Source: Candidatus Bathyarchaeota archaeon (GTDB lineage: Archaea > Thermoproteota > Bathyarchaeia > Bathyarchaeales > Bathycorpusculaceae). From it: a stretch of DNA of 64,000 nucleotides. The DNA lies in the NCBI GenBank assembly GCA_963717465.1, contig OY970340.1:864001-928000 (forward strand), written 5' to 3'. The notes under the pieces were generated by a model. It saw only the letters and a program-made list of their open reading frames with translations. It ran no database searches and was not told the DNA's origin. A program made the position numbers and the translations under genes. Positions within the stretch are counted from its first letter, which is position 1. Each line of letters begins with the position of its first letter. Positions 1 through 10,144 of this stretch are shown one piece after another.

Positions 1-1
1 G

Positions 2-379
2 TTGCACCTGATTTCTCCAGAGACTCTTCGTATGCAAAAAAGTGTTTTGAAAACGATAAAAACGAAGATAAATGTTGTAGAAGACGCAAATCTTGAAAAA
101 ATAATCCAAGAAATAGACGTCTTGTATGTAACAAGAATTCAAAAGGAACGTTTCCCTGATCAAGCTGAATACGCGAAGCTAAAAGGCACCTACAAAATAG
201 ATAAAAATACAATTTTGAACGCAAAGAAAGGCATGATTATTCTTCATCCTCTTCCAAGAATAGATGAAATAGCTCCAGAAGTTGATAAAACGCCGCATGC
301 ACGGTATTTTCAGCAAGCATGGAACGGACTTGTAGTCAGAATGGCACTGCTAACGTTGGTTTTAAGCGAAACCAAATAG
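2..379 (+). CDS. pyrB: aspartate carbamoyltransferase catalytic subunit, C-terminal part (window edge)
   Basis: DVLYVTRIQKERF, HPLPR and YFQQA motifs. Confidence 0.95.
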   Translation: MHLISPETLRMQKSVLKTIKTKINVVEDANLEKIIQEIDVLYVTRIQKERFPDQAEYAKLKGTYKIDKNTILNAKKGMIILHPLPRIDEIAPEVDKTPHARYFQQAWNGLVVRMALLTLVLSETK

Positions 380-382
380 AAC

Positions 383-2590
383 TTAGGCTGAATCAAACCT
401 GTCAAATTTTGCTATCGAGTTTATGGATCCACATGTGGGGCACTTGTGAAGATTTCCAAACCAGCTTTTCTTGCAGTTGTCACAGTAACTAATTACTCGA
501 TTGTATGTGAAGAAATTAAGTGTTTGATTCTCTATTAATTGCTTTGTAAAACTCAAAAGCATTTCCGGGGTGTATTCAGCCTCATGCAAATCTATTATGC
601 CGAGAAAACAGCTTTTGAAGCCTTTTTGCTTCTTTCCAATCTTTATATCTTCAGGGGCAAATCCAAAATTCTCACTGTTTGCCTGCAAATGTATAGTTGT
701 TGAGTAGTAAGGCTTCTCTCTTGTTCCAGAAAACTTGATTTTAGCTATCCCGTACTTCTCGATGTCCAGTCGCGCAAGTCTTTCAGATGCTTCAGGACTG
801 TAAATTATTGCAGGATACAGACGTCTTCCAAGTCGTCTTCCGAGTATCACCTTGAAAGCTTGAATTTCCTGTATCACTTCTTCGAAAAACTTGCTGTTTT
901 CTTCAACTCTGCCTGCTTTTTCAGTGAAAGATTCTGCTGCTTCATTTAAACCTGCAAAATTTATTAATCGCAAGCAATTTTCAAGCCTAAAGTACGCGTC
1001 ACCCTTAGCCTTTTTTAGAAGAAATGGTAACGTATTATTGCCATATTTTTTTATAGCGTTATATTTAATATCTAAGGCACGAGCAGCTAATTCGCACCGA
1101 TCTCTTAAAATCTCAAAAAACTTGTTCTTTTCCATATTGCTTTCTTGAACAATCCGCGGAATGTTTATGGTAACATACCCAAGACACCCCGTACGGAGCG
1201 TATCTGTTTCCCAGTCATCAGTTAAGTCTGGTGAAAAACTAGCTCCTGTGGCAGAAAAAGAATTGTCTTCAACTTCTTTTTGAATCATACATGCAAAGTT
1301 AGGAATTCCGTTTCTTGTAGCCAGTAGATGTGCTTTCAAAAGCACTTTCTTTGCTTTCTCATCAGCTAAAACGTTTTTGTCTATTTTTAAGACTAGATTA
1401 GGGCTAAATAATGGTTTGATTGCGCTTTCTTCCATCATTACCTCAACGGTTAAATCAGCCAGTAACACGGTTTCTGAAGCAAAATCGCTATATTTCCCAT
1501 TAATTTTTCCTCCTGGGCCGATGGCTGGTTTTTCCCCTACCACTTTTGGAATTGAAAGCTCTAAGCCTAGCGTTACTTGGACGTGTTTGTTTAAGTTGAG
1601 CAGGAATAACCGCAGACTTTCCTTAATCCTTTGACGATCAAGACCTTTTGCGTAAGGTGCAAGAAACACAGTGAAGTAATTGCATGTTTGCATGCGATTT
1701 ACTTCTTTACTTGAATGCAAAAGTACATTAAAGATGGTGATTAATGCCGATTCGAAGTTGTCTGGTGGGCGCGTTGAAAATTCATGCGGGTCATCAAAAA
1801 TGATGCCGTTTTGGAAGAAAAACCGCATGTCGTGGATTACTTCGTTTGGTTTTAAAATCCACGTGCCTAAACCGTCTATGTGAATTGCGCCAGAGAGGTG
1901 TGCATCAGCTATGTCTCTTGGGAAAATGTTGAGAAGCGTGTATTCACCTATGACTGTTTGGCCTGCTTTTGCCAGAATGCTTGTTGAATCTTGTATTTTC
2001 TGTTTCGATATTATCAATAGAGTTACTTCGTGAATTGGCATGCCTACTCTGGTTAGTTTGTTGCGGTAATCTTCATAGCCCTTTTCGACTAGTATCCCAT
2101 TTACAACTTCTCTGATTAGTGAAGCGGTCAGGTACTTGGTTTTGGACTTTAGCAAGCGTTTCTCAGCTTCTTTAGCTGCTTTTTGGGCTAACTCAACGGG
2201 TACTCTTGCTTCAGCTATAAGCGAATTCGCAATTTTGTTTGCGTCAAATTCTTCAAGCGTTAAATGCGAGGTTCTTACAAGCATTCCTCGTGGTTTAACA
2301 GCGTTTTTCTCAATTCTATCAGAAACATCTAGAACCATTTTGCCAAGATCTGTCAAGAAATACTTCTTTGATTCAACATCAGCTTCAACCAAGTTAGCCT
2401 TTAAAAGGAACTTTAGGTGATAAGCAAATCTTCCAGCATCTCGGCTGGGATTCATCTTAAGCGCATTCATCAATTCCGTGTATGAGAGAGCGCTTTTATC
2501 GAATAATAAGTTGAGAATTTGAAGCCTGAGGGGTGAAGAAACGGCTTTTAGAACCTTCACGCCGCGCGTTCGATGAGGTGGATTTACCAT
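383..2590 (-). CDS. ArsR-type HTH + ATP-cone + class III ribonucleotide reductase (NrdD)-like barrel + Zn ribbon; predicted catalytically inactive
   Basis: N-terminal LKAVSSPLRLQIL...YHLKFL HTH; VRTS..EEFDANKI cone; AHLSGAIHI, FLAPY, LRTG..YVTINIPR; CDNC/CPTC; ends RFDSA instead of RxxGY. Confidence 0.85.
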   Translation of the reverse strand: MVNPPHRTRGVKVLKAVSSPLRLQILNLLFDKSALSYTELMNALKMNPSRDAGRFAYHLKFLLKANLVEADVESKKYFLTDLGKMVLDVSDRIEKNAVKPRGMLVRTSHLTLEEFDANKIANSLIAEARVPVELAQKAAKEAEKRLLKSKTKYLTASLIREVVNGILVEKGYEDYRNKLTRVGMPIHEVTLLIISKQKIQDSTSILAKAGQTVIGEYTLLNIFPRDIADAHLSGAIHIDGLGTWILKPNEVIHDMRFFFQNGIIFDDPHEFSTRPPDNFESALITIFNVLLHSSKEVNRMQTCNYFTVFLAPYAKGLDRQRIKESLRLFLLNLNKHVQVTLGLELSIPKVVGEKPAIGPGGKINGKYSDFASETVLLADLTVEVMMEESAIKPLFSPNLVLKIDKNVLADEKAKKVLLKAHLLATRNGIPNFACMIQKEVEDNSFSATGASFSPDLTDDWETDTLRTGCLGYVTINIPRIVQESNMEKNKFFEILRDRCELAARALDIKYNAIKKYGNNTLPFLLKKAKGDAYFRLENCLRLINFAGLNEAAESFTEKAGRVEENSKFFEEVIQEIQAFKVILGRRLGRRLYPAIIYSPEASERLARLDIEKYGIAKIKFSGTREKPYYSTTIHLQANSENFGFAPEDIKIGKKQKGFKSCFLGIIDLHEAEYTPEMLLSFTKQLIENQTLNFFTYNRVISYCDNCKKSWFGNLHKCPTCGSINSIAKFDRFDSA

Positions 2591-2720
2591 TCCATGCTTC
2601 CCCCACTCTAAATTTAGTGCTTTACTTATTATTAATTGCAGAGTTTAAACTTAGCTAAGGCTTTATTTATGCAAGCGCTTAAAAGGGGCTGTTTTATGTC
2701 GCTATTTTAGGGTACTTTCC

Positions 2721-2775
2721 TATTGATATATTATATCTTACGAAAGCACATTCAATATTGATAATCATTATATCT
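2721..2775. promoter_or_regulatory. two related motifs TATTGATA(T/ATC)ATTATATCT in the divergent intergenic region; candidate operator
   Basis: copies at 2721-2738 and 2756-2775. Confidence 0.35.
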
Positions 2776-2866
2776 ATCTCTGCACTAAGATAAGTTTTGA
2801 GAATTCGTTACGTTTATTTATGGTTTGGTATATTAAACTATCAGATAAGTCCGGGATGTACAAAGC

Positions 2867-3448
2867 ATGTCGAAGAAACCGCAATCCAAAGATGAAGCAT
2901 TCGAAGCCTTAGACTTCATCGTAAACGTACTTAAAGAGCACGAAAAAGACCTAGACCGACTAATAAACGAATTAGGAACAGTAACAGAACGTTTGGGCGA
3001 AACCGGTGAAGTAAGCAAAAAAGTGGAGAAAGTAGAGGAAAAAATAAACGGCTTACAGAATGAAGTAACAAACCTGATTAGCTATTTATCTACTTCACCT
3101 AAAGAAACCCCTACTCCATCAACCATTAGGACTCCAAAACTCGGTTCAGCAAATGCAACTTCGAACACTTTTACCCCTGCTGTACCTTCAGTGCAAAGCG
3201 GTCCTCCTGTAATTCTACGGTGCAAACAATGGGAAGATTTCCAAAATTTGGCGTCACAATCGCAAACAATATCATTCATGTATAAAGAAGCCGAAAAAGC
3301 GTTCCAAGTTGATGCAATAAAGGGCAATCAAATAGCCTCTTACAGCGGCGAGTTACCAAAGTTAGTTTCGCTTTTAAGAATGTGGCTATCAAAGCAGTTA
3401 GATGTTCCAGAAACCAGGATTTTAGAAGGCATTTTGGCCATCGGTTAG
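2867..3448 (+). CDS. hypothetical protein, N-terminal coiled coil, P/T linker, small C-terminal domain
   Basis: 193-aa ORF with heptad pattern. Confidence 0.8.
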   Translation: MSKKPQSKDEAFEALDFIVNVLKEHEKDLDRLINELGTVTERLGETGEVSKKVEKVEEKINGLQNEVTNLISYLSTSPKETPTPSTIRTPKLGSANATSNTFTPAVPSVQSGPPVILRCKQWEDFQNLASQSQTISFMYKEAEKAFQVDAIKGNQIASYSGELPKLVSLLRMWLSKQLDVPETRILEGILAIG

Positions 3449-3513
3449 CTTTCAACTTAATCTTTATTTGCAATTCATAAGTCTTATATTTAGAGTTTCG
3501 TAAGTCTTATGAC

Positions 3514-3640
3514 GTGATTGGAGGGCTTAATTACTTGGCGGCTACAACGGTAAAAAATTTTTCCGTTTTCGAAGCCTTCTCCTTTCTCCTCGACTACGGA
3601 TTGAACTGTTGTAGCCGCTAAACAAGCCCTCCCATCACCA
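3514..3640 (+). ncRNA. candidate structured RNA (long nested hairpin)
   Basis: GTGAT-GGAGGGCTT/AAGCCCTCC-ATCAC; GGCGGCTACAACGGT/ACTGTTGTAGCCGCT; TCCGT/ACGGA; TATA-like TTATATTT at ~3484. Confidence 0.5.
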
Positions 3641-3660
3641 AATAACAAGCGTGAATCGGA

Positions 3661-3804
3661 ATGACTCAAGAAAAGGCTCTTCGTAGACTCAATGAAGAAA
3701 TGATACAGTTCGAAAAATCGGTGGAAGACATGAAGTTGTTGCAAAGCGTTTCAAAAGACCTAAAAAACTTCCGAAAAATGATAAAAGTCAAAAAATACGA
3801 TTAA
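3661..3804 (+). CDS. small hypothetical protein (47 aa, MTQEKALRRLNEEM...KKYD)
   Basis: hand-translated ATG-TAA ORF below the track cutoff; amphipathic helical sequence. Confidence 0.6.
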   Translation: MTQEKALRRLNEEMIQFEKSVEDMKLLQSVSKDLKNFRKMIKVKKYD

Positions 3805-3909
3805 AATTCATCAGCATACAATCCTAAGCATACGACCCAAAGCGCCTTGGATTTGGATAAGGTATATAATTGTTAATTACTATGCGTTTACCGCCGAGTA
3901 AACGATCCT

Positions 3910-5016
3910 ATGACATTGCAGAAGACCAGACTTAATCTTAAAACTATCTTAGTTCCGCTTGCAGGAATAGCTGCTTTTCTACTATACATATTTGTCATTA
4001 ACACAATTAGCCAAAGTGGCTTATCGCAAATTATCGTGGACTTTCAAAAAGTAAACCCGCTTTATTATGGCTTAGCAGCCGTTTCAAGTTTGCTTGAAAT
4101 GGTTTTTTTCACGTATTCATGGAAGACGCTTCTAGATAGTCTATCGGTAAAGTTGTCTTTTCTACGTGCCAACCTGTATGTTTTCTACGGAAATTTTGTT
4201 GACATCTTACTCCCAGCCGGGTCTGCTAGCAACGATTTAACTCGAGTTTACTTAGTCACCAAAGAGCATGGAAAAACAAGAAGCGGCCTAGCAATGGCTT
4301 CGCTTGTTATACACAGGTTCATCGGAATGGGCATGAATGTCTTAATTTTAATCATCGGAGTAGTTTTGCTCTTAAACGAACCGGACGCGATTAAAAATCA
4401 GTTTTTAGTCCATATAGGAGGCTTAAATTATATTATAGCTTTAACGGTCGCCATTGCAGCAGCGTTAGTCGTCTTAATTGTACTTTTAACTAACGATAAA
4501 GTTAGCGCCAAGTTCATCAATGCCATGATAAAATTCTCATCAAAAATCAGCCGTAACAAATGGAATCTTGGAAATCTACAGAATAACGTTTCGGAAATTG
4601 CTCAAAATTACCATGAATCAATGAATCACTATAAAAAGAACATGAAATCAGTGGCATTCTCTTTCTTCTTAATGGTGATCACTTGGGTTTTCAGTCTCAC
4701 AACTCAATACCTAGTTTTCCTATCGCTTGGAATCCCAATTTCCTTTGGAGCAGTAGCAATAACTGCAGGAATAATTCTAGTTGTTTCTGCTATACCTTTT
4801 GGACCGTTTCAAGTTGGGATTCCTGATGTACTCATGAGTTTATTATATGGTATCTTTATAGGGAATTTTGGGGTTGCAGCTGTAGCCACTCTACTTATAC
4901 GGTTTTTGACTCTTTGGCTCAGGTTCATCTTAGGCTTTGTTGCCCAACAATATCTTGAATTAAGACCGATGAAAGCACCTGAAACGCCTGAAATTTCAAA
5001 TCCATCAAAAAACTAA
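3910..5016 (+). CDS. lysylphosphatidylglycerol synthase TM-region / flippase-like membrane protein
   Basis: multi-TM, GNFVDILLPAG, IPFGPFQVG, LLIRFLTLW. Confidence 0.8.
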   Translation: MTLQKTRLNLKTILVPLAGIAAFLLYIFVINTISQSGLSQIIVDFQKVNPLYYGLAAVSSLLEMVFFTYSWKTLLDSLSVKLSFLRANLYVFYGNFVDILLPAGSASNDLTRVYLVTKEHGKTRSGLAMASLVIHRFIGMGMNVLILIIGVVLLLNEPDAIKNQFLVHIGGLNYIIALTVAIAAALVVLIVLLTNDKVSAKFINAMIKFSSKISRNKWNLGNLQNNVSEIAQNYHESMNHYKKNMKSVAFSFFLMVITWVFSLTTQYLVFLSLGIPISFGAVAITAGIILVVSAIPFGPFQVGIPDVLMSLLYGIFIGNFGVAAVATLLIRFLTLWLRFILGFVAQQYLELRPMKAPETPEISNPSKN

Positions 5017-5049
5017 AAATTACACATGTTTTCTTTTGTTTAAAGGTGT

Positions 5050-5499
5050 ATGCAGGAATTAGTAATTGAAGGTGCGACCATAAAGTTTCTTGATAGATTA
5101 TACGAGTTAGAAACTTTATGTTTTGATCATGAAGCGTTTACTAAGCGCCAATTATTGTATCTTCTAAGCGACCACGATACTTTTGGGTTAATCGCCCGGT
5201 TGAACGGTGAAATCGTCGGGTTTATTATTTTTCGAATAGAAAGTGATGAAGATACTTATGGTCATATAATAACGATAAATGTCTCCCCAAATCATCGACG
5301 CCGAGGTATCGGACAGAAGCTTATGAAGGAAATGGAACTTATCTTGAAACAGAAAGGGATAGTTGATTGTCGCTTAGAAGTTAGAGAGGGAAATGAGGCT
5401 GCATTGAGGCTTTATAGGCAACTTGGATACCAAGAGGCAGGTAGGCTGGAAGGATACTATGGAAAATCCCATGGATTATACCTCAGCAAAAGATTATAA
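5050..5499 (+). CDS. rimI: RimI/Ard1-like GNAT N-acetyltransferase
   Basis: HIITINV..RRRGIG, LEVR..N..A..LY..LGY, YY. Confidence 0.85.
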   Translation: MQELVIEGATIKFLDRLYELETLCFDHEAFTKRQLLYLLSDHDTFGLIARLNGEIVGFIIFRIESDEDTYGHIITINVSPNHRRRGIGQKLMKEMELILKQKGIVDCRLEVREGNEAALRLYRQLGYQEAGRLEGYYGKSHGLYLSKRL

Positions 5500-5555
5500 T
5501 TGCTTCAACTCTGGGTGCAACATTGAGAACAAACATTTAAAAACAATCTTGCGAT

Positions 5556-5843
5556 TTGAATTATGAGGAATTTGGGGTGGGCTCTGAAGAGAAAATAACC
5601 AACGAACAAACGCTTGTTAAAACATTTGTTGTATTAATACGCAATACTACTTGGAGATGCGGAAAACTCGAAAAATCTATTATTCTCCACCTTCACAAGC
5701 GCCACGAAAACTTCGGCAAATCAGGTGCCTCAGTGGGCGATATCATGCAGACCCTAAATATTAACGGCAAGAAAAGAGACGAGTGCTTAGATGCACTAAA
5801 GAGACTTGAAAAACGGAATATAATTAAGATTTTGCCGCTTTAA
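5556..5843 (+). CDS. hypothetical protein, possible winged-helix
   Basis: 95-aa ORF ending DALKRLEKRNIIKI. Confidence 0.6.
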   Translation: MNYEEFGVGSEEKITNEQTLVKTFVVLIRNTTWRCGKLEKSIILHLHKRHENFGKSGASVGDIMQTLNINGKKRDECLDALKRLEKRNIIKILPL

Positions 5844-5859
5844 CCTTTTATCTTGTTAT

Positions 5860-6459
5860 TTATTTTGCTCTTAATTTTGCCTCGGAAATCCATCTTTTAA
5901 CAATTTTAGGCGATATCTGAAGGCTCTTTGCTACATCTTCAGCTGATGCATTTGCTAATTCTTCAAAACTGCTGATTCCTAAAGCATTCAATTGTGCAGC
6001 TCTTTTTTGCCCAATTCCTTTGAGTCTTTTCACTTGTGATCTTTTAACATGTGTAACTGGTTGTGTATCTGGCAAGGTTGTTGTTTCAGTTGCTGGCGAT
6101 GGCGTTGGGGATAATGGTTGAGTTGGAGATTCTACGGTTACGGTGTTTTCGATGACTGGTGGCTTTTCAACAACTGCCACAGGTTCAGCAGGAATTTGAA
6201 TTGTTTGCGGGACAACAGTCTCTGACACCGCTACATTTGACTGTACATTTGACTGTATACTTGTCTGTGGGGCTTGCATCAAAGCTTTTGGTCGTTGAAA
6301 GTAACCGAAGCCGATAGAAAGCAAGCCTAAGACGACTGTGGATACAACCCACAGCTGGTGTTCTGTCATCTCCATAGATATTGCTACGTAGGAAATTATT
6401 GTTACAACAAAAAATAGTCCGGCAACAACGTACATTATATAATCCAATCGCATGCACAT
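5860..6459 (-). CDS. membrane-anchored protein with C-terminal helix-hairpin-helix domain
   Basis: 2 TM, P/T/Q linker, LKGIGQKRAAQL HhH. Confidence 0.8.
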   Translation of the reverse strand: MCMRLDYIMYVVAGLFFVVTIISYVAISMEMTEHQLWVVSTVVLGLLSIGFGYFQRPKALMQAPQTSIQSNVQSNVAVSETVVPQTIQIPAEPVAVVEKPPVIENTVTVESPTQPLSPTPSPATETTTLPDTQPVTHVKRSQVKRLKGIGQKRAAQLNALGISSFEELANASAEDVAKSLQISPKIVKRWISEAKLRAK

Positions 6460-6742
6460 TCACTGGTTCCTTATTTCCATAGAGTTTACTTAAAAAACTT
6501 TCCATAACTATTTTTGACTATTTCACAAATTAAAGAATCAAACAGAAAAAAAATTACTGCAAAAGCCATTTTTAACTGACCTCTGTCTTACTAAACAATA
6601 CTTTACAGCAAATCGCCTGATTGCCTGAATTCTTAAAAATTCAAGTCGATTGTACAGTTTTTGATGGCTATTCCTAAATGTTCTTTAGTGCGCTTCGCAA
6701 AACTTTATACATTCTCGAAAATTAACCGAAGTGTACGCTTGA

Positions 6743-7499
6743 ATGGCAAAATCGAACATGGATGAGCGCCCATTATTGTGGATTGGGTGTGCCTATCGAA
6801 ACGTTTTACCTGATCTTCACAAAGAGATAACCCGCTTGTTAAATCGTCTTGGAGTCCAGTTTGAAACGTTGGACAAAGAAGAATGTTGCGGTTTCCCATT
6901 GATCCTCTCTGGAAACAATGATGAGGCCAAAAGGTTTGCAGAAAGAAACATACGCCAAATTGGTGATAAAAAGAGGGTTGTGACAGCATGTCCAGCTTGT
7001 TACAGGGCTTTTAATGAATTTTACCCAAATCTTCTCAAAAGTAAGCTTCCGTTTCGGAGTCTCTCATATAACACAGTATTACTGCGAACTCATAGATCGA
7101 GGCATTTTAAAGGCATCAATGCTAAAGCCTTTGAAAATTAAGGTTATGTATCATGATCCATGCGAACTGGGTAGGCATTCAAAGATTTTTGATGAGCCTC
7201 GAAGAGTGCTGAAGATGATTCCGAATCTATCTTTGTATGAGCCAAGGTTTAGCCGAGAATTGTCAACTTGTTGCGGTGGAGGAGGGCTGGTTTCAGCATA
7301 TTTCCCAACACTTTCTGTAAATATTGCTAGCCGTAAAATATTAGAAGAAGACCATGTTCCAAATGATGTTTGGGCAATTGTCACGGAGTGCCCTCAATGC
7401 GTAAGTAATCTTCAACGGGCATGGAGCAAGGATGGTACCCCATTGGGCATTAAGGTGTATAATTTGGCTAAAATTTTGAACATGTCATTAGGTGATTAG
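6743..7499 (+). CDS. CCG-domain Fe-S protein (LutA/GlcF-like), split by one frameshift near 7060
   Basis: ECCG, CPAC, YHDPC, CCGGGG, CPQC across two overlapping ORFs. Confidence 0.8.
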
Positions 7500-8778
7500 A
7501 GTGACTGAAGACGCAAAAAAGGGAATAGATGAAACTTTTGCTCGCTACCGGGATGAACTTTGGAACGCAATGGAAGATGAAACTATTCACTTAGCTTTGT
7601 CAAGGGCTGTTGAATCCTTCAGGCGTAACAGAGATGAAGCCCTGAAGCTTTACCCGAAAGTTAAGGAAAAAGCAGCGCAATTGAGGGATATCAAAGAATA
7701 CTCATTATTGCATGTGGATGAGCTTGTAAAACAGACTAAAGACAGGATTGAAGACCTAAAAGGGCAATGTTTCATCGCTGAAAAGCCAGAGGATGCTCTG
7801 AAATACATTTCTGAAATAACAAAGGAAAAAGACATCATAGTCAAATCTAAGAGCTTCACCAGCGAAGAACTTGACTTGAACGATTTCCTTGAAAAGCGTG
7901 GCTGCGAAGTCTATGAGACAGATTTAGGAGAATTCATAATTCAACATCTCAAGAGTCGTCCAATGCACATTCTATCTCCATCAATACATGTTCCAAAGGA
8001 AAAAGTCGCCGAATTATTCTCGTCAATCATGGGAAAACCTATCAGTCCAGACATAGGCGTCCTCGTGAAGGAGGCAAGACTTTTTCTGCGCGATATCTTT
8101 TTCAAAGCAAACATTGGAATAAGCGGAGCCAACGCTATAGCCGCTGAAACAGGAACAATATTTCTAATAGAGAACGAGGGCAACGCCAGACTTACAACAG
8201 GGCTCCCAAGGAAGCACATAGCAATCGCTGGTTTAGAAAAAATCGTGCCGACCTTGCAAGATGGAATGCTTGTAGTTGAGGTTGCTTCACGATACGCCAA
8301 TTATAAAGCTCCTTCTTACGTCAGTCTTATAAGCTCTCCCAGCAAGACAGGTGACATTGAAAAACAAACAACTTACGGCGCTCATGGGCCCGAAGAACTC
8401 CACGTAATCCTATTGAACAATAACCGAACTGAAATGATTAAGAACGATACCTATAGACAGGCACTCTACTGCCTGCGATGTGGCGCTTGCTTCTACGAAT
8501 GCTCAGTATATCCTTTAACTGCAGGCTATTTCGGTCATCGTTACATGGGAGGAATAGGAGCAATTCTAACCGCATTTCTATTGGGAGGATTAAAGAACGC
8601 CGCGCCAATTGCTTATACATGCACACTTTGTGGACGATGCAAAGAAGTTTGTCCAATGAAAATAGATGTCCCAGGCATGATTCTAAAACTACGCCAAACA
8701 CTAGCAAAAGAAGATTACGTGCCCCAGCAGATAAAGCAAACAGAGAAAACAATAATTAAAGAAAGAAGCCTAAAATAA
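7492..8778 (+). CDS. lutB: lactate utilization protein B (LutB/LldF)
   Basis: VKSKS, ETDLGEFI, ENEGN, GAHGP, two 4Fe-4S motifs. Confidence 0.9.
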   Translation: MIRVTEDAKKGIDETFARYRDELWNAMEDETIHLALSRAVESFRRNRDEALKLYPKVKEKAAQLRDIKEYSLLHVDELVKQTKDRIEDLKGQCFIAEKPEDALKYISEITKEKDIIVKSKSFTSEELDLNDFLEKRGCEVYETDLGEFIIQHLKSRPMHILSPSIHVPKEKVAELFSSIMGKPISPDIGVLVKEARLFLRDIFFKANIGISGANAIAAETGTIFLIENEGNARLTTGLPRKHIAIAGLEKIVPTLQDGMLVVEVASRYANYKAPSYVSLISSPSKTGDIEKQTTYGAHGPEELHVILLNNNRTEMIKNDTYRQALYCLRCGACFYECSVYPLTAGYFGHRYMGGIGAILTAFLLGGLKNAAPIAYTCTLCGRCKEVCPMKIDVPGMILKLRQTLAKEDYVPQQIKQTEKTIIKERSLK

Positions 8779-8979
8779 ATCCCTCTATTTTTCATGCTTT
8801 GGAATCTAAAATAAGAACGTCCAGGTTTCTTTAGCCTTGGCAAGTAACTAATGAATTCGATTTATAATTACTCTAAAGACTCTTTCATTTTATCCTAAAT
8901 GCATATTTTGGGCTTTAAAAAAACAAAGACGTGGAAAGCAAAAAAGCAAAAAAGGATTTTTTATTCGGCGAATACTAGC

Positions 8980-9531
8980 TTAGTATCTTTGTCTGTAACC
9001 GCCGCCAGAGCCTCTTCGGTCTCTGTCTCTTCCGCCACCGTAGCCTCCGCCGCCACCGCCTCGTCTGTCACCATAACCGCCGCCACCGCCGTATCCTCTG
9101 CCTCTGCCTCCTCCACCTCGGTAGGGTCGTCTTTCTTGTTCATATGCTTTGCTTGAAACGTTGTTTTCTTTGTTTACTTCAACTGCTAGTGGTTCTTTTG
9201 CGGGTTCGAGTTTGCCGTATTTTCCGATGTTTAAGCGTATATTTCCTTTGAATAATGTTACGTAACCGTTTTCTATGCGAACTGTGTCGTCATTGTTAAT
9301 TTTTTCTATTTTATCGTCCCAAAGTGTTAGGTATACCACGCCTGTTTCGTCACCGATTAGTGCGTCGCATACTTTGTGCGGGGATCCATCTCTTCCCATT
9401 GGGATTTCTCTTGTTTCTGTTTTGGATACTACTTTGGCCGTAACATTAACCGCTCGTGATTGGGGGGTTAATTCTCCGACTTTAGCTTCTACAGGTTGCC
9501 TTTTGTTTTCGAAAAAACCTTCAACAGCCAA
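8980..9531 (-). CDS. single-stranded DNA-binding protein (single OB fold) with Gly/Arg/Tyr-rich tail
   Basis: IGDETG..LTLWD, ENGYV..FKG OB fold; RGG tail. Confidence 0.9.
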   Translation of the reverse strand: MAVEGFFENKRQPVEAKVGELTPQSRAVNVTAKVVSKTETREIPMGRDGSPHKVCDALIGDETGVVYLTLWDDKIEKINNDDTVRIENGYVTLFKGNIRLNIGKYGKLEPAKEPLAVEVNKENNVSSKAYEQERRPYRGGGGRGRGYGGGGGYGDRRGGGGGGYGGGRDRDRRGSGGGYRQRY

Positions 9532-9883
9532 TTTGGGTTCATCTTCCTGTTTTTTTGAATCTTAGGAGACATTTAGATTTCCTGCGCACTTAAGTGTTTT
9601 GGTGAATTATTTTAGTAATAAAACGAAGATTGTACATGAAAGAAGCAGACGGAAATGATGTTCAAATTAAAAAAATTATTTTCCTGCTGAATTTTTTATC
9701 AATAAATGTTATGACAGTATAGTGAAGGCAATTCAAAACTGTAGGTTAATACATCGTTCAATTCCCAAAATTCTTAGATGCTTCAGGACTAGAACTTGGT
9801 AAAGTTGAATCGAAGAAAAACTTAAAACCAAAGCAAAGAATTAATTACTTACAAGTCAATTTCTGACAATCTAGGTGATTTAA

Positions 9884-10144
9884 GTGAAACCCACAGTAAA
9901 GAAGCCCACTCAAAAAGAAAGCAAAGAAGCAAGTTCCTGGCCAATTTGGGAAAAAGAAGAATCGACTTTTCCATGGGACTACACTGAACAAGAAACATGC
10001 CTAATCCTAAAAGGAAAAGCCGCCGTAAAAACACCTGACGGAACCATAGAATTCGGCGAAGGCGACTACGTTATATTTCCAACCGGCTTAAAATGCACTT
10101 GGACCATAAAGCAGAAGATCAAAAAACACTACAAATTCGGCTAA
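9884..10144 (+). CDS. cupin (DUF861/EutQ-like) protein
   Basis: WPIWEKE..FPW.Y..ETC, GD.V.FP.G..CTW. Confidence 0.9.
   Translation: MKPTVKKPTQKESKEASSWPIWEKEESTFPWDYTEQETCLILKGKAAVKTPDGTIEFGEGDYVIFPTGLKCTWTIKQKIKKHYKFG

Noticed and set aside
8899..9156. Ala/Ser-rich ORFs 8899-9156 (+) and 8961-9143 (-)
   Set aside because: Alternative frames of the SSB Gly-rich tail.
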